Source: Candidatus Binatia bacterium
GTDB lineage: Bacteria; Desulfobacterota; Binatia; DP-6
Direction: 5' to 3'
DNA: 64,000 bases
Assembly: GCA_036009625.1 (NCBI GenBank)
Contig: DASYLJ010000101.1
Span: 1,483 to 65,482, forward strand
Position 1 is the stretch's first letter. Every line of letters begins with the position of its first letter. The notes under the pieces were generated by a model. The model did no database searches. It saw only the letters and a list, made by a program, of their open reading frames with translations, and was not told where the DNA came from. This document shows positions 57,797-64,000 of this stretch, piece by piece. The position numbers and the translations under genes are program-made.

Positions 57797-58999
57797 TCAG
57801 CCCACTGTGAGGGGTACCTCGTGGATGAACGTGCCCGCGCTGCTGTCCACCTCGACCGGGCAGCTGCCGGCCGCGCCGAGGGGAACGGTCACCTGGACCT
57901 CGTCGTCGGACTGCGCGGTGATCAGCGCAGGGATACCGCAGATCCGCACCTCGGTGACGTTCGTCAGCGAGCAGCCGCCGGTGAGGCTCACCGTATCGCC
58001 CACCCCGGCCGTGGTCGGCGAGAAGGCGTCGATGCAGGCGCACAGACCACCGCAGCAGTGGCCCCGATTCTTCGAGTCGGCGGTGATGACGTCGGCGACG
58101 AACCGCCCCGTGAGGTCGTTGTTGTGGCCGAGGCTCAGCGATCGCTCCGGCGCGCAGAAGGCGCCGGTAACCGAGAGGTTACGACCGAAACTGACGACGC
58201 CCTGGCCGAACGCGTTGACGGTGAAGTCGCCGCACTGCTCGCCGAACGTCGAGCCGTTGTTGACGTTGACGTCGCCGCGGACGTCGAGACGGGTCGCGGC
58301 GCCGACGGCGGCGTGTGCGTTCTTGCCCAGCTGAATCTCGCAAAAGGCGTACGTACCGCCGTCGAACGAGATGCTGGCGCCGTTCTTCACCGTGAGCGCG
58401 CCGTAGGTCCCCGGCTGCAGGTCGCAGCGCCCGTTGCCCTGGAAGGTGTCCGGCGCCCCGCCGCAATCGCCACCGGATGCCACCGTGACGGATCGTCCTG
58501 GGTCACAGGCCGGGAAGGGGTTCGGCAGATGGCAGAAGGCCGCGGCGTCCCCGAAGTCGGGCGTGCAGCCTGCGCCGCAGCTCGACTGTCCATCGCCGTC
58601 GAGGTCGCCGAGCAGGGGCAGCGCGAGCGGCGTGGGGCCGGGTTCGCGCAGGGTGACGTTGTCCGGGTTCGGAAGCTGGTTCGCGAACACCTGGAAGGCG
58701 CTCGCCCCCGGCTTGGTGAAGCGCGTGACGTCGGCCGCCACCTGCGAGCCATCGGCGAGGATGGCGTTCTCGAACGACGCATTGCCGCAGCTGCTGTTGC
58801 CGTTCGGGCGCGCGCAGTTGACGCCGACGTTGCAGGAGCTCAGCACGTCGAGGTCCTTCACGTTGGCGCTGCGCATCGCGAACAGGAAGTACGACCCCGC
58901 GTTGGTGCGCAGCGGCTGCGCATCCACTTCGGTTGCCAGCGCAAGGGCGGTCAGCACCGCCCCCCGCACGAGGCTCCCCGACCTTCGCATGCTCGACAT
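57797..58999 (-). CDS. secreted Cys-rich protein with C-terminal IPT/TIG-like domain, paralog 4
   Basis: MSSMRRSGSLVRGAVLTALALATEVDA|QPL. Motifs SCNVGVNC, LGDLDGDGQSSC, CTPDFGD, CHLPNPFPAC, GNGRCDLQPGTYG, FCAPER, LGHNNDLTGRFVAD, RGHCC. The C-terminal FSPTTAGVGDTVSLTGG...VTVPLGAAGSCPVEV is IPT/TIG-like. SD GGAGGG lies 7 nt upstream. Confidence 0.8.
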   Translation of the reverse strand: MSSMRRSGSLVRGAVLTALALATEVDAQPLRTNAGSYFLFAMRSANVKDLDVLSSCNVGVNCARPNGNSSCGNASFENAILADGSQVAADVTRFTKPGASAFQVFANQLPNPDNVTLREPGPTPLALPLLGDLDGDGQSSCGAGCTPDFGDAAAFCHLPNPFPACDPGRSVTVASGGDCGGAPDTFQGNGRCDLQPGTYGALTVKNGASISFDGGTYAFCEIQLGKNAHAAVGAATRLDVRGDVNVNNGSTFGEQCGDFTVNAFGQGVVSFGRNLSVTGAFCAPERSLSLGHNNDLTGRFVADVITADSKNRGHCCGGLCACIDAFSPTTAGVGDTVSLTGGCSLTNVTEVRICGIPALITAQSDDEVQVTVPLGAAGSCPVEVDSSAGTFIHEVPLTVG

Positions 59000-59098
59000 G
59001 TGACGACCCTCCTTCGTGTGAAGAGGGCGCTAGCACGTCGGTCGTAGAGTCCGCCTCCCAGGGAGGCGTGATCTCCGACGATGGAAAGGGATGAGACG

Positions 59099-59962
59099 TC
59101 AGCCGAGCAGGGACGCGATCTCGGCCTCGCCGACGTCGTACAGCTGCGCGCAGAACTCGCAGGTGACCGCGGTGCGACGCTCACCCGCCAGGATGTCGAG
59201 CAGCTCCGCCCGACCCATGGCGGCGATGGCGCCGAGCACACGCTCGCGGCTGCAGCGGCAGCGAAAGCGGACGGGGCGATCCTCGAGCGGGACGGTGCCG
59301 TCACCCAGGACGGCGGCCAGCATGTCGGCCGCGGTCAGGCCGGAGCGCACCATGTCGCTCGGCGGACGCACGCCTTCGACGCGGGTCGCCATGCGATCGA
59401 GCGCGGCCGGCTCGGCGTCGGGCAAGGCCTGCACGAGCCATCCGCCGGCCGCCGCCACCCGGCCGTCGGGCTCGACGAAGACGCCCACGCCGACGGCCGA
59501 CGGCGTCTGCTCGGACGTCGCCAAATAGCTCGCGATGTCCTCGCCGATCTCGCCCGAGGCCAGCGGCACCACGCTGCGATAGAGCGAGCCACCGGCGAGC
59601 GGCACCCGCATCACGCAGAGGACGCCGCGGCCCAGCGCACCGCCGACGTCGAGCTTGCCGGCACGCGGCGGCACGTGGGTCGCGGGGCGGTAGGCGTAGC
59701 CGCGCGTGTCCCCGTCGGGGGTGGCGTCGACCAGCACGCCGCGCAGCGGGCCGTCGCCGCTGAACTCGAGCGACAGACGCTCGTCGCGCTTGAGCGTCGC
59801 GGCCAGCAGGAGCGCACCGGTGAGCGCGCGGCCGAGCGCCGCCGTGGCGGTGGGCAGCGTGCCGTGGCGCCCGCGAGCCTCCTCGACGAGGTCGGTCGTG
59901 ACCGCCGCCAACGCCCGCACCGAGCCGTCGGCCGCGATCGCGCGCGCGAGCGTGTCAGCCAC
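59099..59962 (-). CDS. hslO: redox-regulated chaperone Hsp33
   Basis: ...LGRALTGALLLAATLK...GEIGEDIASYLATSEQ... and the C-terminal zinc centre CRCS...CEFC. Confidence 0.9.
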   Translation of the reverse strand: MADTLARAIAADGSVRALAAVTTDLVEEARGRHGTLPTATAALGRALTGALLLAATLKRDERLSLEFSGDGPLRGVLVDATPDGDTRGYAYRPATHVPPRAGKLDVGGALGRGVLCVMRVPLAGGSLYRSVVPLASGEIGEDIASYLATSEQTPSAVGVGVFVEPDGRVAAAGGWLVQALPDAEPAALDRMATRVEGVRPPSDMVRSGLTAADMLAAVLGDGTVPLEDRPVRFRCRCSRERVLGAIAAMGRAELLDILAGERRTAVTCEFCAQLYDVGEAEIASLLG

Positions 59963-61624
59963 GCTCGGCGCCGTCCGCCACCGCGCGCATCGCCTCGAGC
60001 ATGTCGTCGACCGGCACGAAGCCGACGAAACGGCGGCGCTCGTGACCGTCGGGGCCGAGCAGCACGTAGGTGGGCACGCCGGGTACGGTGTAGCGCTGCA
60101 TCAGCGCCTCGGCCGCGGCGTCCTGCTCGGTGACGTCGGCGAGCAGCGTCGTGAAGTCGCGCGACGCGCGAACCACCTGGGGATCGCGAAACGTCGTGCG
60201 CTCCATCTCGCGGCACGGCAGGCACCAGGCGGCCTGGAAGTCGATGAGCACCGGTCGTCCGGCGGCGGTCGCGGCGGACAGCGCACCGTCGGAGTATGGC
60301 GTCCACGCGATCGGGCTCTCGGTCTCGGCGACGAGCAGCCCGCTCAGACCGAACACCACGACGGCGGCGCCCGCGGCGCCACGCGCCAGTCGCACGAACG
60401 GTGTCCCGCCCGCGCCGAAGAAGCCCAGCACGACGCCGGCGGTGGCGAGCAGCACCGCCCAGGTGATGCGTACGACGAGCGCCGGCAGCAGCGGCGTCGC
60501 GAAGTAGAGCGCCAGACCGAGGAGCAGGAAGCCGAAGAGCCACTCCATCCAGCCGAGCCACGCACCGCCGCGCGGCAATCGTCGCAGCCGTCCCGCCGCC
60601 AGCGCCAGGCCGACGTAGGGCAGACCGAGCCCGAGGCCGAGCGTGAAGAACAGCGCGATGCCGAGCGGCGCCGACTGCTGCGCGCCGACGTAGAGCAGCA
60701 GGGCGGCGACGATGGGCCCGATGCAGGGCGCACCGACGACGCCCATCGTGGCGCCCATGAAGAGCGCGCCGAGCGCGCCCTCGCCGGACTGCCCCGCCCA
60801 CTGCATGAGCGCGTTCGGCATGCGTATCTGGTAGAGGCCGAAATTACTCAGCGCGAGCGCCACCATGAGCAGCGCGATGCCGCCCAGCACCACCGGTTGC
60901 TGCAGCGCCGCGCCGAACAGCGAGCCGGTGAGCGCCGCCGCGGCGCCGAGCGCCGAGAACGTGATGCAGATGCCGAGCACGTAGACGAGCGCGTGCCACA
61001 CGGCGCGCGAGGTGTCTTCGCCGGTGCGCCCGCCGAAGAACGCGACCGTGACCGACACCATCGGGTAGACGCACGGCGTGAGGTTCAGCGCGAGGCCGAG
61101 CACGCCAACCCACAGGAACGTGACGCCCCAGCCCCAGCGCGCGACGAAGTCGGCGACCTCGTTGGCACCACCGAAGCCGGCGGCTGCGGCCTGCTCCTGG
61201 GCCACCAGCTCGATCGTCTTCGGCGGCAGGCACGTGGTGTCGTTGCAGGCCTGGAAACGCAGCGTTCCGCGCAGCGGCGACGTGGCCTTGCCTTCGAGCG
61301 CGGCGGTGAGCTTCACCGTGCCCTCGTAGAGCGACATCGGCTTGCCTTCCGAGAAGGCCAGCACGCGGTCGATGGGCTTCGGGTACGTGACGGCGGCCGC
61401 GGTGACGCCGGTGGAAGGCGTGAGCGTGAGCGTCGTCGGAATCAGGAAGTCGTCGTGCGGCTCGTGCGAGTTCACGTGCCATCCCGACGCGATGGTCAGC
61501 TCGACCACCGCTTCGGTGCCGGTGGCGCGCAGCGTGGCCGTCACCTCTTCGGCGTGGGCGAGGCACGGGAGGAGCATCGCGACGACGGTCGCCAGCAGGA
61601 TGGACCGGGCCGTGGGTCTGCGTC

Positions 61625-62827
<1,203 letters not shown>

Positions 62828-62925
62828 CGCCGCGGATCATAACCGCGGGGTTTCACGGAGGCCAGACCCTCGGAGGTCGGGAAAATTCATTGCCCGCCGC
62901 CGTGACCGCGTGTTAGCGACGCTGC

Positions 62926-64000
62926 ATGCGGACCCTGGCGTTGCTTACGACCCTCGTCCTCGCAGGTGCGTTGTCGGCACATGCGCTCACCCCCGCCGAG
63001 GTCGAGCACGCGGCCGCCGGTGCCACCCGCGGCCTGCGCTCGGTGACGAAGCGCCTCGCGAGCCCGGCGTTCGGGGGCCGCGACAACAATACGCCGGAGT
63101 CGAGCAAGGCGCAGCGCGACCTCATCAAGCGGCTGCGACGGCTCGGTCCCGGACTCGATGCGTCCGCTCCCAGCGACGACGCCTACCGCCAGCCGTTCGT
63201 GCAGTCGGGTCAGATCGGCACGAACCTGTTCGCGGTCATCCGCGGACGCGAGCTGCCCGACGAGTATGTGCTCGTGGGTGGCCACTACGACCACCTCGGC
63301 TCGCGCAGCAACGCGGCCGGCGACTGCGCCTCGCGACGCGCGCCGGGTACCGAAATGTGCCCCGGCGCCACCGACAACGCCGCCGGCACCGCCATCGTGC
63401 TGGCCGTCGGCAAGGCGATCCGGAAGCTGCCGATGGCGCCGCGTCGCTCGATCATCCTGGCGCTGTGGGATTCCGAGGAGGACGGGCTCCTCGGCTCGCT
63501 CTACTACGTGAACCATCCGATCGTGCCGCTGGCGCAGACCGTCGGCTACGTGAACATGGACCTGCAGGGCGCCAATCTGCTGCCGTCGCTGAATCGCACC
63601 AGCTTCGCCGTCGGCGCCGAGACCGGCGGCAGCGCGTTCAGCGCATTCGTCGCGCAGGCCGTCGCCGACGAAGGCGGGCTCAACACGCTGCCGGTGAGCT
63701 ACATCTTCGGCCAGCTGCGCAGCGACTACGCCAACCTGGTCGACGCCGGCGTACCGACGGTGTTCTTCGGCGATTCGAGCGGCAGCTGCTACCACACCAC
63801 CGGCGACACCTTCGACAAGGTCGACATGCAGAAGCTGCAGATGCAGAGCCGCATCGCCTTCCGCACCACGATGGCCCTCGCCGAGAGCCCGACGCGTGTC
63901 CCGTTCCGCGGCGCCGACCCGGCACTCGCAAAGTTCGAAGACGCGGTGTCGCTTCTCGACGTCTTCTCCCGCGCCCAGGCCGACCTCCCGATCTTCCCTC
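62926..64000 (+). CDS. M28-family secreted metallopeptidase (aminopeptidase-like), C-terminus beyond window edge
   Basis: Absent from the track because it runs off the edge. Manual translation from ATG 62926: [20 protein letters not shown] (signal) ...NLFAVIRG...[12 protein letters not shown]...[20 protein letters not shown]...[17 protein letters not shown]... are M28 metal-ligand motifs. The frame is open to 64000. Confidence 0.75.
   Translation, partial: MRTLALLTTLVLAGALSAHALTPAEVEHAAAGATRGLRSVTKRLASPAFGGRDNNTPESSKAQRDLIKRLRRLGPGLDASAPSDDAYRQPFVQSGQIGTNLFAVIRGRELPDEYVLVGGHYDHLGSRSNAAGDCASRRAPGTEMCPGATDNAAGTAIVLAVGKAIRKLPMAPRRSIILALWDSEEDGLLGSLYYVNHPIVPLAQTVGYVNMDLQGANLLPSLNRTSFAVGAETGGSAFSAFVAQAVADEGGLNTLPVSYIFGQLRSDYANLVDAGVPTVFFGDSSGSCYHTTGDTFDKVDMQKLQMQSRIAFRTTMALAESPTRVPFRGADPALAKFEDAVSLLDVFSRAQADLPIFP

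Noticed and set aside
62828-62925. FMN riboswitch upstream of ribBA
   Set aside because: The spacer is only 98 nt, shorter than an RFN element, and lacks the conserved RFN core motifs. It contains only a short CCGCGG-N7-CCGCGG hairpin.

Overview
Very GC-rich (about 70% by eye) bacterial chromosomal segment that is almost fully coding. I support about 70 protein genes and saw no rRNA, tRNA, CRISPR array, transposase or integrase. All function calls come from motif and family recognition in the supplied translations plus manual reverse translation; no database search was run. Many genes are translationally coupled through 4-nt ATGA/GTGA overlaps. Most long alternative-frame ORFs in the track are GC artefacts. 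Gene content, in order: hyuBA hydantoinase/oxoprolinase; fmdB-type zinc ribbon; yggS-proC-yggT-DUF167; a peptidoglycan-recycling locus (slt, then ldcA, a serine hydrolase and mpl); a DUF507 pair; groESL; ffh-rpsP-KH-rimM-trmD-SPOUT-rplS; bactofilin; a TPR lipoprotein, LolB-like lipoprotein and oppDF ATPase operon; Zn-ribbon-moaB-moaD-moaE; miaB, a small membrane protein and mrpABCDEFG; pckG; a panE-like, JAMM and DHOD-like operon; M20 peptidase; a flippase-like membrane protein; a KstD-like flavoprotein; a long coupled lipid/steroid-type operon; motAB; mutS2; four tandem secreted Cys-rich paralogs; hslO-dsbD-ribBA; and an M28 peptidase. Gene order suggests a deltaproteobacteria-like, Myxococcota or related uncultured Gram-negative lineage (inference only). 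The best candidates for something undescribed are: (1) the tandem array of four secreted 19-Cys paralogs with a C-terminal IPT/TIG-like module (53801-58999), next to dsbD/hslO; (2) the roughly 9-kb coupled operon at 40242-49430, which mixes thiolase/DUF35, a MaoC pair, GMC oxidase, PHP, a methyltransferase, an acyltransferase and unknowns; (3) a JAMM protease fused to a histone-H1-like Lys/Ala/Pro tail, together with a MoaD that ends in GG-Cys; (4) two copies of a 135-141 bp palindromic G-rich intergenic element; and (5) sequence evidence for CTG start codons in CTGA overlaps.
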